A stretch of DNA of 64,000 nt from an uncultured Oscillospiraceae bacterium (lineage in GTDB: Bacteria; Bacillota; Clostridia; Oscillospirales; JAAYXM01), in NCBI GenBank assembly GCA_934646115.1, contig CAKUEM010000002.1, positions 2,274-66,273 on the forward strand, in the 5' to 3' direction. Every line of letters starts with the position of its first letter. Within the stretch, counting starts at the first letter, position 1. The notes beneath the pieces were generated by a model. The model did not search any database. It was not told the DNA's origin and was given only the letters and a program-made list of their open reading frames with translations. The position numbers and the translations under genes were made by a program. This document shows, piece after piece, positions 48,412 through 57,509 of the stretch.

Positions 48412-51003
48412 ATGTATTTCAAGCTGAGCGCTGCGGACACCGCGAAGCGGATCGATACCGACCCGGCGCGCGGACTTTCGCAAAAGGACGCGGCGGAGCG
48501 TCTGTCCTCCGGCGGGGCAAACGCGATCTCTGAAAAAAAGCGCCGCTCGATCCCGCTTCTGATCCTGCAACAATTAAACGAACCGATGATTTATGTCCTG
48601 TTCGCGGCGGCGGTGCTGTCCGCGTTTGTAGATGAATGGGCGAATTCGCTTGTTATTCTTGCGATCGTGATTGTAAATGCGGTGATCGGCGCGGTGCAGG
48701 AACGGCGCGCCGAGCAGGCGCTTTCTGCGCTGAAAAAGCTGACGATGACGATGGCGCTCGCCCGGCGTGACGGCATGCTGCGCGAGGTCCCGGCGGACGA
48801 ACTGGTCGTGGGCGACGTGGTGCTGCTTGAGGCGGGGCGCGTTGTTCCTGCCGACGTGCGGCTCACCGTTTCCGAGCGGTTGGCCGTGAATGAATCCACG
48901 CTGACCGGCGAATCCACGCCGGTGGAAAAAGACGCGGGCTTTCTTGCCGCGCGCGATATTCCGCTGGGCGACCGGGTGAATATGGCGTATCAGGGCACGG
49001 TCGTGACCTCCGGGCGCGGCGAAGGCATCGTTGTGGCGACCGGAATGTCTACTGAGGTCGGGCAGATTGCCGAGCTGGTCAACACGCAGGACCCCGGCAA
49101 AACGCCGCTGCAAAAGAAGCTTGCCTCGCTTTCTAAAACGCTTGGGATCGCGGCGATCTGCGCCTGCGCGCTCATTCTCCTGATCGGGCTGTTTCAGCGG
49201 CGCGAATTTGCCGAGCTGCTTCTGACCTCGATCTCGCTTGCGGTCGCGGTCGTTCCGGAAGGGCTGACTGCGGTCGTGACCATCGTGCTCGCGATGGGCG
49301 TAACGCGCATGGCGCGCCGCCGCGCGATCGTGCGGCATTTGCCCGCGGTGGAAACGCTGGGCGCGGTCAATGTGATCTGCACCGACAAGACCGGAACGCT
49401 CACACAAAATAAAATGACGATAACCTCGCTGTTTTTCGACCATGCGCGCACAGCTGCCGCGGCGTTTCCTTCTGAATATGGCGCGCCGCTTCTGCATGCG
49501 ATGGTGCTCTGCAACGATGCATCGATCACCGGGGATACGCGCTGCGGCGACCCGACGGAGCTTGCGCTTTTGGATTTTGCCGCCATGTATGGCGCGCTGC
49601 CGCCCGTGCTTTGCGAGCGGTTTCCGCGCGTGGACGCGCTTCCGTTTGATTCTGACCGAAAGATGATGACCACGCTGCACCGCATGGAGGGCATGACGCT
49701 TTCTTACACCAAGGGCGCGGAGGACGTTCTGCTGCCGCGCTGCACCCATATCTGGTCGCAGGGTGCGATCCGCCCGATCACAGACGACGACCGTGCGGAA
49801 ATTCAGGCGCAGACCGCCGCCATGTCGCAGGAGGCGCTGCGCGTGCTTGCGTTTGCGATGCGCAGCGGCGACGAAACGCCCCGTGAGGATCATTTGATCT
49901 TCCTTGGGCTTGCCGCGATGATCGACCCGCCGCGCCGCGAGGCGATCGAGGCGATCGGCGTGTGCCGTGAGGCGGGGATCCGCGTGGTTATGATTACGGG
50001 CGACCACAAGGATACCGCGCTTGCCATCGCCGCGCAAACCGGGATCTGCAACGCACAGGCGCGCGCCCTGACCGGCGCCGAGCTTGACGCGATGGATGAT
50101 GCGCAGCTCGCCGCTGTGATCGACGATGTGGCTGTATTTGCCCGCGTGGATCCGCGCCATAAAGTGCGCATTGTTGCGGCGCTCAAATCGCGCGGGAACG
50201 TGGTCGCCATGACGGGCGACGGCGTGAACGACGCGCCCTCGCTCAAGGCGGCGGATATCGGCGTCGCCATGGGCATTACCGGCACGGACGCCGCGAAGGA
50301 CGCGGCCGATCTGGTTCTGACCGACGATAATTTTGCAACGATCACGCACGCGGTCGAGGCGGGGCGCAATATCTTTGAAAATATCCGCAAGGCGATCATC
50401 TTCCTGCTCGCCTCCAATATGGGCGAGCTGATCACCGTTTTGGTGTCTGTTCTGCTGTTTTGGGACGCGCCGCTGCTCCCGCTGCATATTTTATGGATCA
50501 ATTTGATTACCGACTCGCTGCCCGCGCTGGCGCTTGGGATCGACCCGGGCGATGCGCGCGTGATGTCGCGTCCGCCGCGCCCGGCAAATCAGAGCTTATT
50601 TGCGCATGGCGGCGGCTGGAGCACGCTGGGCTTTGGCGCGGTGATTGCCGCGATCACGCTGTTTGCTTTCCGCTTCACGCTCAATACCGCGCAGGATCTT
50701 GTCCGTGCGCAGACGATGGCGCTGATCGTGCTTGCGGGCAGCCAGCTCGTGTATTCGCTTGTGCAGCGCGCGGGCGAGCGCTCGATATTCCGCACGAATT
50801 TATTGGCAAATCGCTTCCTGCTCGCCGCGTTTGGGGTCGGCGTGCTGCTGCAGCTTATGATTTTATATATCCCGCCGCTTTCCGCGCTGTTTTCCACCAC
50901 GCCGCTCGGGGCGGGCGACTGGGCGCTTGCCGCCGGGCTGGCGATCGTGCCGCTGCTCGTGCATGAGCTGGTGCTGCTTGTGCGCCGGGTGCTCAAGCGA
51001 TGA
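48412..51003 (+). CDS. P-type cation-transporting ATPase (P2 type, Ca2+-ATPase-like)
   Basis: TGES, phosphorylation site ICTDKTGTLTQN, MITGDH, GDGVNDAPSLK, and 10-TM architecture. Confidence 0.92.
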   Translation: MYFKLSAADTAKRIDTDPARGLSQKDAAERLSSGGANAISEKKRRSIPLLILQQLNEPMIYVLFAAAVLSAFVDEWANSLVILAIVIVNAVIGAVQERRAEQALSALKKLTMTMALARRDGMLREVPADELVVGDVVLLEAGRVVPADVRLTVSERLAVNESTLTGESTPVEKDAGFLAARDIPLGDRVNMAYQGTVVTSGRGEGIVVATGMSTEVGQIAELVNTQDPGKTPLQKKLASLSKTLGIAAICACALILLIGLFQRREFAELLLTSISLAVAVVPEGLTAVVTIVLAMGVTRMARRRAIVRHLPAVETLGAVNVICTDKTGTLTQNKMTITSLFFDHARTAAAAFPSEYGAPLLHAMVLCNDASITGDTRCGDPTELALLDFAAMYGALPPVLCERFPRVDALPFDSDRKMMTTLHRMEGMTLSYTKGAEDVLLPRCTHIWSQGAIRPITDDDRAEIQAQTAAMSQEALRVLAFAMRSGDETPREDHLIFLGLAAMIDPPRREAIEAIGVCREAGIRVVMITGDHKDTALAIAAQTGICNAQARALTGAELDAMDDAQLAAVIDDVAVFARVDPRHKVRIVAALKSRGNVVAMTGDGVNDAPSLKAADIGVAMGITGTDAAKDAADLVLTDDNFATITHAVEAGRNIFENIRKAIIFLLASNMGELITVLVSVLLFWDAPLLPLHILWINLITDSLPALALGIDPGDARVMSRPPRPANQSLFAHGGGWSTLGFGAVIAAITLFAFRFTLNTAQDLVRAQTMALIVLAGSQLVYSLVQRAGERSIFRTNLLANRFLLAAFGVGVLLQLMILYIPPLSALFSTTPLGAGDWALAAGLAIVPLLVHELVLLVRRVLKR

Positions 51004-51611
51004 GCCGGGAGCAGGAGCTGAAATATCAGCTGCCATGCGGCATTTCGCCCGAGCTGGTGTTTTCTCATCCCGCGGTCGCGCCGCTTCTCTGCGGCGAAGT
51101 GCAGCATATCGAAATGCACAGCACATATTTCGATACGCTCTCTCGCGCGCTGCAAGCGCGCCGCGCGGCATTGCGCATTCGCTCGGAAAACGGGCGGCGC
51201 GTAGTCACGCTCAAAACCGCGCAGCAGGAGGACGGCGCGCTCTCCACGCGCGGCGAATGGGAGGTTTCCGCCCCGGATATCGCAGCCGGGATTGCGCTGC
51301 TCGCGCGCGCAGGCGCGCCCGCCGATGTTTTGCAAACGCTTGCGGGGCAAGCACTTTGCGTGATCGCGCAATTCTCGTTCACGCGGCACTGCGCCCCGGT
51401 ACGCATGCATGCACTGCGCGCCACACTGTGCGTGGATCTCGGTTTCCTCTCGCCGGACGGCGTGAAAAAAGCGCCGCTGCGCGAGCTGGAGCTTGAGCTT
51501 TCCGAGGGCGAAATTTCTTCTCTGCGTGCTCTGGGCGATACGCTCGCCGAAGCATTTTCCCTTACGCCCGAGCCGCGCGCGAAGCTTTGCCGCGCGCAAG
51601 AAGTTTTATAA
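51000..51611 (+). CDS. CYTH-domain (triphosphate tunnel metalloenzyme) protein
   Basis: N-terminal ExExK (EQELKY), a beta-strand pattern with alternating charged residues, and a late ELELEL motif. ATGA overlap with the ATPase stop. Confidence 0.75.
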   Translation: MSREQELKYQLPCGISPELVFSHPAVAPLLCGEVQHIEMHSTYFDTLSRALQARRAALRIRSENGRRVVTLKTAQQEDGALSTRGEWEVSAPDIAAGIALLARAGAPADVLQTLAGQALCVIAQFSFTRHCAPVRMHALRATLCVDLGFLSPDGVKKAPLRELELELSEGEISSLRALGDTLAEAFSLTPEPRAKLCRAQEVL

Positions 51612-51625
51612 AAATTGGAGTTACT

Positions 51626-53491
51626 ATGAAATACCAGGCAGAAGCTTACGACGTGGCCGTGATCGGCGCGGGGCATGCGGGCATTGAAGCCGCGCTCGCC
51701 GCCGCCCGGCTCGGCATGAAAACCATTTGTTTTACCATCAATCTGGACGCGGTGGGCAACATGCCCTGCAATCCCGCGATCGGCGGAACCGCCAAGGGCC
51801 ATCTCGTGCGCGAGATCGACGCGCTGGGCGGGGAAATGGGGCGCGCGGCAGACGCCACGTGCATCCAGTTCCGCATGCTCAACCGCGGCAAAGGGCCTGC
51901 CGTGCATTCGCCGCGCGCGCAGGCGGACCGCCGCGTGTATCAGATGCATATGAAGCATGTGCTGGAGCAGCAGGAGAATTTATCGCTGCACCAGGCGGAG
52001 ATCGTTGCGATCGAGGCGGAGAATGGCGCGGTGCGCGCCGTGGTCACGCAGACCGGCGCCACGCATCCGGTGCGCGCGGTGATCGTCGCCTCCGGCACAT
52101 ATCTGCGCGGAAAAACGATCATCGGCGACGTGACCGCAAACGGCGGTCCGGACGGCATGTTCGCGGCGAATTCGCTCTCCGAATCGCTGCGCGCCATGGG
52201 GCTTTCGCTGATGCGCTTTAAAACAGGAACGCCCGCGCGCATCAACGCGCGCTCTGTCGATTTTTCTAAAATGGAGCCGCAGTATGGCGACGCGGCGGTC
52301 ACGCCGTTTTCATTTGAAACAAAAACGCCGCCGGAAAACCGCGTTATTTGCCATTTGACTTATACGACCGAGGAAACGCACCGCATTATTCGCGAGAATC
52401 TGCACCGGTCGCCGCTGTATTCCGGCACGATTGAGGGCATCGGACCGCGCTATTGCCCGTCGATCGAGGATAAAATCGTCCGTTTCCCGGACAAGGCGCG
52501 CCATCAGCTGTTTATCGAGCCGATGGGGCTCAACACGGAGGAAATGTACATACAGGGCATGTCGTCCTCGCTGCCGGAGGACGTACAGCTTGCGATGATC
52601 CACTCTGTGCCGGGGCTTGAGCATGCGCAGGTCATGCGCCCGGCGTATGCGATCGAGTATGACTGCGTCAACCCGCAGGAGCTGTATCCCACGCTCGAGA
52701 CCAAGGCGGTCTCCGGGCTGTATGGCGCGGGGCAGTTTAACGGCACGTCGGGTTATGAAGAGGCTGCGGCGCAAGGGCTGATCGCCGGAATTAACGCGGC
52801 GCGAAAGCTTGCGGGGAAGCCGCCGTTCGTGCTCGACCGGTCGCAGGCGTATATCGGAACGCTGATCGACGATCTGGTCACTAAGGGGACGAATGAGCCG
52901 TATCGCATGATGACTTCGCGCGCCGAATATCGCCTGATTTTGCGGCAGGATAACGCAGACGCGCGCCTGACGCCGCTGGGGCATGAGATCGGGCTGATTT
53001 CCGATGCGCGCGCGGCGCATGTGGCGGAAAAATATGCCCGCGTCGCCGCAGAAGAGCGCCGTTTGGAGAAAACAATCGTGCCGCCGGGCGCTGCGATCAA
53101 CGCGTTTTTGGAAGAGAAGAAGACCGCGCCGCTTAAAACCGGGGCGAGCCTTGCGGATCTGCTGCGCCGCCCGCAGATCGAGTATCACGAGCTTTCGCAG
53201 TTTGACCCGGCGCGTCCGGCGGATGTCACGCCGGAAATCGCCGAGCAGGCGCAAATTTCGCTGAAATATGCGGGCTATATCGCGCGGCAGAATGCGCAGA
53301 TCGAGCAATTTCGCCGTTTGGAGACGCGCGCGCTGCCCGATGATATTGATTATGCGCAGATCCCGGGGCTGCGGCTTGAAGCGCGGCAGAAGCTTGCGTT
53401 GGTGCGGCCGCGCTCGGTGGGGCAGGCGTCGCGCATTTCGGGCGTCAGCCCAGCGGATATGACCGCGCTTTTGATGTTTTTAAATTATTAG
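51626..53491 (+). CDS. mnmG: tRNA uridine 5-carboxymethylaminomethyl modification enzyme MnmG (GidA)
   Basis: [19 protein letters not shown] motif and conserved GidA core. Start moved to the ATG at 51626, preceded by GGAG. Confidence 0.96.
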   Translation: MKYQAEAYDVAVIGAGHAGIEAALAAARLGMKTICFTINLDAVGNMPCNPAIGGTAKGHLVREIDALGGEMGRAADATCIQFRMLNRGKGPAVHSPRAQADRRVYQMHMKHVLEQQENLSLHQAEIVAIEAENGAVRAVVTQTGATHPVRAVIVASGTYLRGKTIIGDVTANGGPDGMFAANSLSESLRAMGLSLMRFKTGTPARINARSVDFSKMEPQYGDAAVTPFSFETKTPPENRVICHLTYTTEETHRIIRENLHRSPLYSGTIEGIGPRYCPSIEDKIVRFPDKARHQLFIEPMGLNTEEMYIQGMSSSLPEDVQLAMIHSVPGLEHAQVMRPAYAIEYDCVNPQELYPTLETKAVSGLYGAGQFNGTSGYEEAAAQGLIAGINAARKLAGKPPFVLDRSQAYIGTLIDDLVTKGTNEPYRMMTSRAEYRLILRQDNADARLTPLGHEIGLISDARAAHVAEKYARVAAEERRLEKTIVPPGAAINAFLEEKKTAPLKTGASLADLLRRPQIEYHELSQFDPARPADVTPEIAEQAQISLKYAGYIARQNAQIEQFRRLETRALPDDIDYAQIPGLRLEARQKLALVRPRSVGQASRISGVSPADMTALLMFLNY

Positions 53492-53559
53492 CGCCGCATC
53501 TTTGCGCGTCAATTTTCCATCGTCATGTAGATTTATACAACCCGGTGTGCCAGCATATT

Positions 53560-53890
53560 ACGTCCGCGCCTCCGTTTCCCGTTGCCGCGCGGGCTTGCGC
53601 AATTCGCTTGTCGTTGTTGCGTAGGTTTTGCGCCGTCCGGCACGCCAGCATGTTGCGCTTACATCTCTGCGCGCCGCTTGTATCTAAGTTTTTAAGCCGC
53701 TTGTACTTCCTCCACGCACCTGTTTCCCGTTGCCGCGCGGGCTTGCGCAATTCGCTTGTCGTTGTTGCGTAGGTTTTGCGCCGTCCGGCGCGCCAGCATG
53801 TTGCGCTTGCATCCCTGCGCGCCGCTTGTATCTGAGTTTTTAAGCCGCTTGTACTTCCTCCACGCACCTGTTTCCCGTTGCCGCGCGGTT
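53560..53890. repeat. 148-bp direct tandem repeat, two full copies plus about 20 bp of a third
   Basis: Copies at 53574-53721 and 53722-53869 differ at only four positions, all transitions. A third copy starts at 53870 and diverges after GTTTCCCGTTGCCGCGCGG. Confidence 0.9.
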
Positions 53891-53936
53891 TCCCGCCGCT
53901 GCGCCTGTTTTACTTAAAAATACAAGGAGATTTGCC

Positions 53937-54644
53937 ATGAAGGAACTGCTCGTTCGCGCGCTGGCGCCGTTTGGCGTTACGCTCGATGACACCGCGCTTT
54001 CGCGCTTTCAAACCTATTGCGATCGGCTTGTTACCGTCAATCAGGTCATGAATTTGACCGCGATCACCGACCCGCGCGAGGTGTATCTGCGCCATTTTGC
54101 GGATTCCGCCGCGCTGTGCGGCTGCGCGCCGTTTGAGGGCGCGCGCGTGATCGATGTGGGAACCGGCGCGGGCTTCCCCGGCCTGCCGCTGAAGATCGCC
54201 TGCCCTTCCATTTCGCTGACTCTGCTGGACAGTTTGCGCAAGCGCATTGATTTTTTAAAAGAAACCTGTCAACTGCTTGGTTTTCCCGATGTCAACTGCG
54301 TGCACGGCAGGGCGGAGGAGTGCGCGCTGCTGCCGGAATATCGCGATCGTTTTGATATCGCCGTGTCGCGCGCGGTTTCGCCTCTGCCGATGCTGTGCGA
54401 GCTGTGCCTGCCCTATGTTCGTCCGGGCGGCGTTTTACTCGCCATGAAATCACGCGAGTATGAGGAGGAGCTTTCCGCTGCGGCGCATGCGATCACGGCG
54501 CTGTGCGCGCGTGTGGAAAACATTTGGGACTACACGATCGAGGGCGCGGGGCTTTCCTATTGCGTGATCGTGATTCAAAAGCTCGCCAATACACCGGCAA
54601 AATATCCGAGAAGATTTGCAAAAATCCAAAAAAATCCGCTTTAA
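53937..54644 (+). CDS. rsmG: 16S rRNA (guanine527-N7)-methyltransferase RsmG (GidB)
   Basis: NLTAITDPREVYLRHFADS and SAM motif DVGTGAGFPGLPLK. Confidence 0.93.
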   Translation: MKELLVRALAPFGVTLDDTALSRFQTYCDRLVTVNQVMNLTAITDPREVYLRHFADSAALCGCAPFEGARVIDVGTGAGFPGLPLKIACPSISLTLLDSLRKRIDFLKETCQLLGFPDVNCVHGRAEECALLPEYRDRFDIAVSRAVSPLPMLCELCLPYVRPGGVLLAMKSREYEEELSAAAHAITALCARVENIWDYTIEGAGLSYCVIVIQKLANTPAKYPRRFAKIQKNPL

Positions 54645-54670
54645 TTCTATTTTTTATAAAGTTGTTTTTT

Positions 54671-54707
54671 CTCTGGCGCACGAAGCCCTGCGCCAGAGAT
54701 TTTTTTG
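54671..54707 (+). terminator. Intrinsic terminator after rsmG
   Basis: CTCTGGCGCA-N8-TGCGCCAGAG followed by ATTTTTTT. Confidence 0.8.
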
Positions 54708-54739
54708 CAAAAAAGCACCGCAGCGGTATAAAAACGCGT

Positions 54740-55300
54740 GTAAATCCCGCCGAAATTCCTCCTTGCGCCCTATCCGCTCAACAGAAAACGCTTGTGGCGC
54801 GCACATGTTTTGCCCTTTAAAAAGATGTTTTTATTCAACCGCTCGGAATTTCGCCCTGCGCCGCCGCGCGCGATCGCGCATTCCCTCCAATGCGGCTTGA
54901 AATTTATCTCGCCCACTTTTTATCCATTCAAAAAGATCTTCGCAAAGACCTCCCGGAAGTTTTCCCTGCGCTCCATCTGCCCGGCAAGGAACATCTTCGC
55001 ATAACCCTCCTTGGACTGCGCCGCGCGCTTTCTCCCTATTTGAAAAGATACTCCGCCGAAATCTGTTGTGCGGCCGCACTCAAAATGGCGCTTTCTCCGG
55101 ACGCCCCGCGCTGCTCACCCCACCTCAAAGCACTTTGCCGCTCCGGAATCTTTCCGCGCTTTCCCGCCCGAAAATACGCTCGATAACACCGCGCAGAATA
55201 TCATTTTAGAAAAACTCGCCGCCAAGTCTGCCCGAAACCCATGCTTGTGTTTCACTTTGGCAGGGCAGTTTCGACAGAATTTCCCAAAGATCGCGACTTT
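54740..55300. repeat. Degenerate direct repeats of roughly 90-113 bp period in an ORF-poor spacer
   Basis: A recurring box CCGGAA-N(1-3)-TTTCC-N-TGCGC lies near 54750, 54842, 54952, 55053 and 55141. A recurring AAAAGAT box lies at 54819, 54930 and 55042. Confidence 0.55.
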
Positions 55301-55533
55301 TTAGATTGAACGCCCGAATATCTACCGCGCAGCAGACTGTTTTACTAATATTTCCGCGCCCCAGCCTCTTAATTTCCATATTTTGTATGTCATATTCCCC
55401 GCCTGGTCGCCTTTTCCTGACAAAACACGCCATTTTGCGCGCTTTTTCGCCTCATTTGCGCGCTTTTTGTCGAACGTTTTTCCTTTACAAGTTTACCATA
55501 AAATGGTATTGTATGCACAAGGAGGGCGATACC

Positions 55534-56358
55534 ATGTTACAGCAATTACGAAAGAGACTGTTTTCAGACAATGCCATTGTTTCCTTGCTTCCCGTGCATC
55601 GTATTGAGCCAAATCCGGCGCAGCCTCGAAAAATTTTTCGCGCGGAGGAGCTGCGCGAGCTTTCTAACAGCATTCGCGAAAACGGCGTATTGCAGCCGAT
55701 CACGGTGCGGCAGTCCGGCGAAAAGTACATACTGGTCGCCGGCGAGCGCCGCCTGCGCGCATCTGTGATGGCGGGCTTGCGCGAGATCCCCGCAATTATT
55801 TCAGATATGGATGAAAAGCAGTCCTCACTCATCGCACTGCTTGAGAATTTGCAGCGCAGCGACCTCGATTTTTTTGAAGAAGCGCTTGGGATTCACAATT
55901 TAATTAAAGTTTACGGTTTTTCGCAGGAAGAAGCGGCAAAAAAGTTAGGAAAATCGCAGTCTGCGATATCGAACAAGCTGCGTCTGCTTCGCCTGCCGCC
56001 TCATATTATTGATAAAATCATGCAGAATCATTTGTCTGAGCGGCACGCGCGCGCTTTGCTCCGTTTGGATTCTGCGCAGGCACAAGAGCAGGCGCTTGCC
56101 AAAATCGTGGAGAAAGGCTACAACGTCTCTCAGGCAGACGCCTATATCGAATCGCTCCTCGTCCGTGCGCAGGCGGCTATTGCGCCGACCCCACGCAAAA
56201 AGCGCCCGTTATTTGTGTTTAAGGACGTTCGGCTTTTTGTGAATACGATCAACCACGCAATTTCAACCATGCAAACCTCCGGAATTCGCGCAAACATGGA
56301 AAAAACAGAGGACGAAAACACTGTTTGCATGACAATTCGTATTTTCAAGCACGATTGA
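55534..56358 (+). CDS. noc: ParB-family nucleoid occlusion protein (Noc-like Spo0J paralog)
   Basis: IEPNPAQPRK, GVLQPITVR, AGERRLRAS and an HTH (SQEEAAKKLGKSQSAISNKLRLLRL). GGAGG lies before the ATG at 55534. The ORF-track upstream extension is rejected. Confidence 0.8.
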   Translation: MLQQLRKRLFSDNAIVSLLPVHRIEPNPAQPRKIFRAEELRELSNSIRENGVLQPITVRQSGEKYILVAGERRLRASVMAGLREIPAIISDMDEKQSSLIALLENLQRSDLDFFEEALGIHNLIKVYGFSQEEAAKKLGKSQSAISNKLRLLRLPPHIIDKIMQNHLSERHARALLRLDSAQAQEQALAKIVEKGYNVSQADAYIESLLVRAQAAIAPTPRKKRPLFVFKDVRLFVNTINHAISTMQTSGIRANMEKTEDENTVCMTIRIFKHD

Positions 56359-56363
56359 TCTCA

Positions 56364-56379
56364 TGTTCCACGTGGAACA
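56364..56379. promoter_or_regulatory. parS centromere-like site
   Basis: TGTTCCACGTGGAACA, a perfect palindrome matching the Firmicute parS consensus TGTTNCACGTGAAACA. It starts 5 nt after the noc stop codon. Confidence 0.85.
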
Positions 56380-57057
56380 GTAGCTTGCGCTTTTGCGCAT
56401 AGTAAGCGCAAGGTAGGGAGCTCCAACGACCTACTTATAGACAGCAAGCGCCTCACGGTCAACAGGCAAATCAGCGCTTGCGCGCAGCAGACGCAAGCCA
56501 GGAGGGCTTCTGCTCAGCGTCTTCCTCATTGCCCATGCAACTCCGCGCGAAAACGCGCGAGATAAAAGGGCAACGTTTGCATATGTCCTGCTGCTTTGTG
56601 CACAGAAAATGTGTCACCGGCGCATGAGCCTTGAGAACAGCCTGTGCGCAGCATATTGTGCATGCTTGTTTGCGCTCCTCCGTTTTCCAACAGCCGATCG
56701 ACCTGCCGTTTCAGGCGATCGCATTCTTGTGTAGCGTTTGCTTATAGACGTTGATGTAATTCGCACCAAAGCGCGGGGCATTCCATATGTTTTGCTTGTT
56801 TTAACATCCCTTAACAATAAGAAGCCCGAAGTCTTGCGCCCGCAAGCACTATGATGACGCGCAAAGCATGGAGGCGTCTCTGTGGCGCTTTTCCCGCTTT
56901 CAACCGTGTTCGCACCGCGTCAAAACGCGTGAAGCCGCGACCCCTTGCTTACATCGTGCGGTCTCCTTTTGCATCTCGCCTTGCTCCTTGGCAGGAAAGG
57001 GGTGCATCACAGCAGTTTCTAGGTTGTCCACTTATTTTTTCTCTTTCCTTTTCAAAA

Positions 57058-57073
57058 AGTTCCACGTGAAACA
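57058..57073. promoter_or_regulatory. parS site, left half of a double site
   Basis: AGTTCCACGTGAAACA, 15 of 16 matches to the parS consensus. Confidence 0.8.
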
Positions 57074-57074
57074 C

Positions 57075-57090
57075 TGTTTCACGTGGAACT
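57075..57090. promoter_or_regulatory. parS site, right half of a double site (inverted copy of 57058-57073)
   Basis: TGTTTCACGTGGAACT. Together with the left copy it forms a perfect 33-bp palindrome centred on C57074. Confidence 0.8.
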
Positions 57091-57095
57091 TTTTA

Positions 57096-57123
57096 TTGAA
57101 TTCTTCGCTCGATGTGGTATAAT
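57096..57123 (+). promoter_or_regulatory. Candidate promoter of parA-parB (soj-spo0J)
   Basis: TTGAAT (57096-57101), 16-nt spacer ending in an extended -10 TGG, then TATAAT (57118-57123). The -35 lies 5 nt downstream of the double parS. Confidence 0.6.
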
Positions 57124-57509
57124 AACTGCAGGTGCACTTTTATACAGCAAGAACGAGTGCGGCAAACGCGAATTTTTTGCAGTTTCGCAAGGAATAGAGC
57201 GCTTGCTGCATCACCGTAAATACCCATCCGGTACAGCAACGCTAATACGTGCGATATGGCACGCAGCCCCCTCCCGCCGGGCGCGCAGTTTTTACTTTAA
57301 ACGGTGAAAGCTTTCTCCTGAACTGCGGACGAAATGTCCGGTGCGGTATAGGATGTCGCTTTGGTCCGGCTTCGGACGCAGATCCTGTTTTCATGCGGAT
57401 ATTTTTCTATTTTCCTTCCTATCTATATGTTTTTAACATCTTTTCGGCACAATTCGCCGAGTTTTCCCGCTTTGCGGGCATGCTTGTACATAGAAAGTCA
57501 GGTGATACT

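Noticed and set aside
53523-53867. A 114-aa minus-strand ORF and a 75-aa plus-strand ORF spanning the 148-bp repeats.
   Set aside because: The sequences are low-complexity and Arg-rich, lack an SD, and the reading frames are simply propagated by the duplication.
53560-53890. The tandem repeats as a possible CRISPR array.
   Set aside because: The units are 148 bp long and directly abut, with no unique spacers. There are no cas genes in the window.
53492-57509. Possible replication origin (oriC) in the large spacers of the mnmG-parA region.
   Set aside because: Scanning by eye for TTATCCACA/TGTGGATAA found only 7-of-9 matches (TTATCCATT at 54919, TTGTCCACT at 57034), no cluster and no obvious AT-rich unwinding element. 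A single 8-of-9 box (TTTTCCACA, 60949-60957) lies after serS. oriC is more likely next to dnaA, beyond the right edge. A position-weight-matrix scan would settle it.
57249-57509. An 87-codon in-frame N-terminal extension of ParA in the ORF track.
   Set aside because: ParA/Soj proteins begin a few residues before the KGGVGKTT loop. AGGTGA sits 4 nt before the ATG at 57510. The extension has non-coding-like composition.
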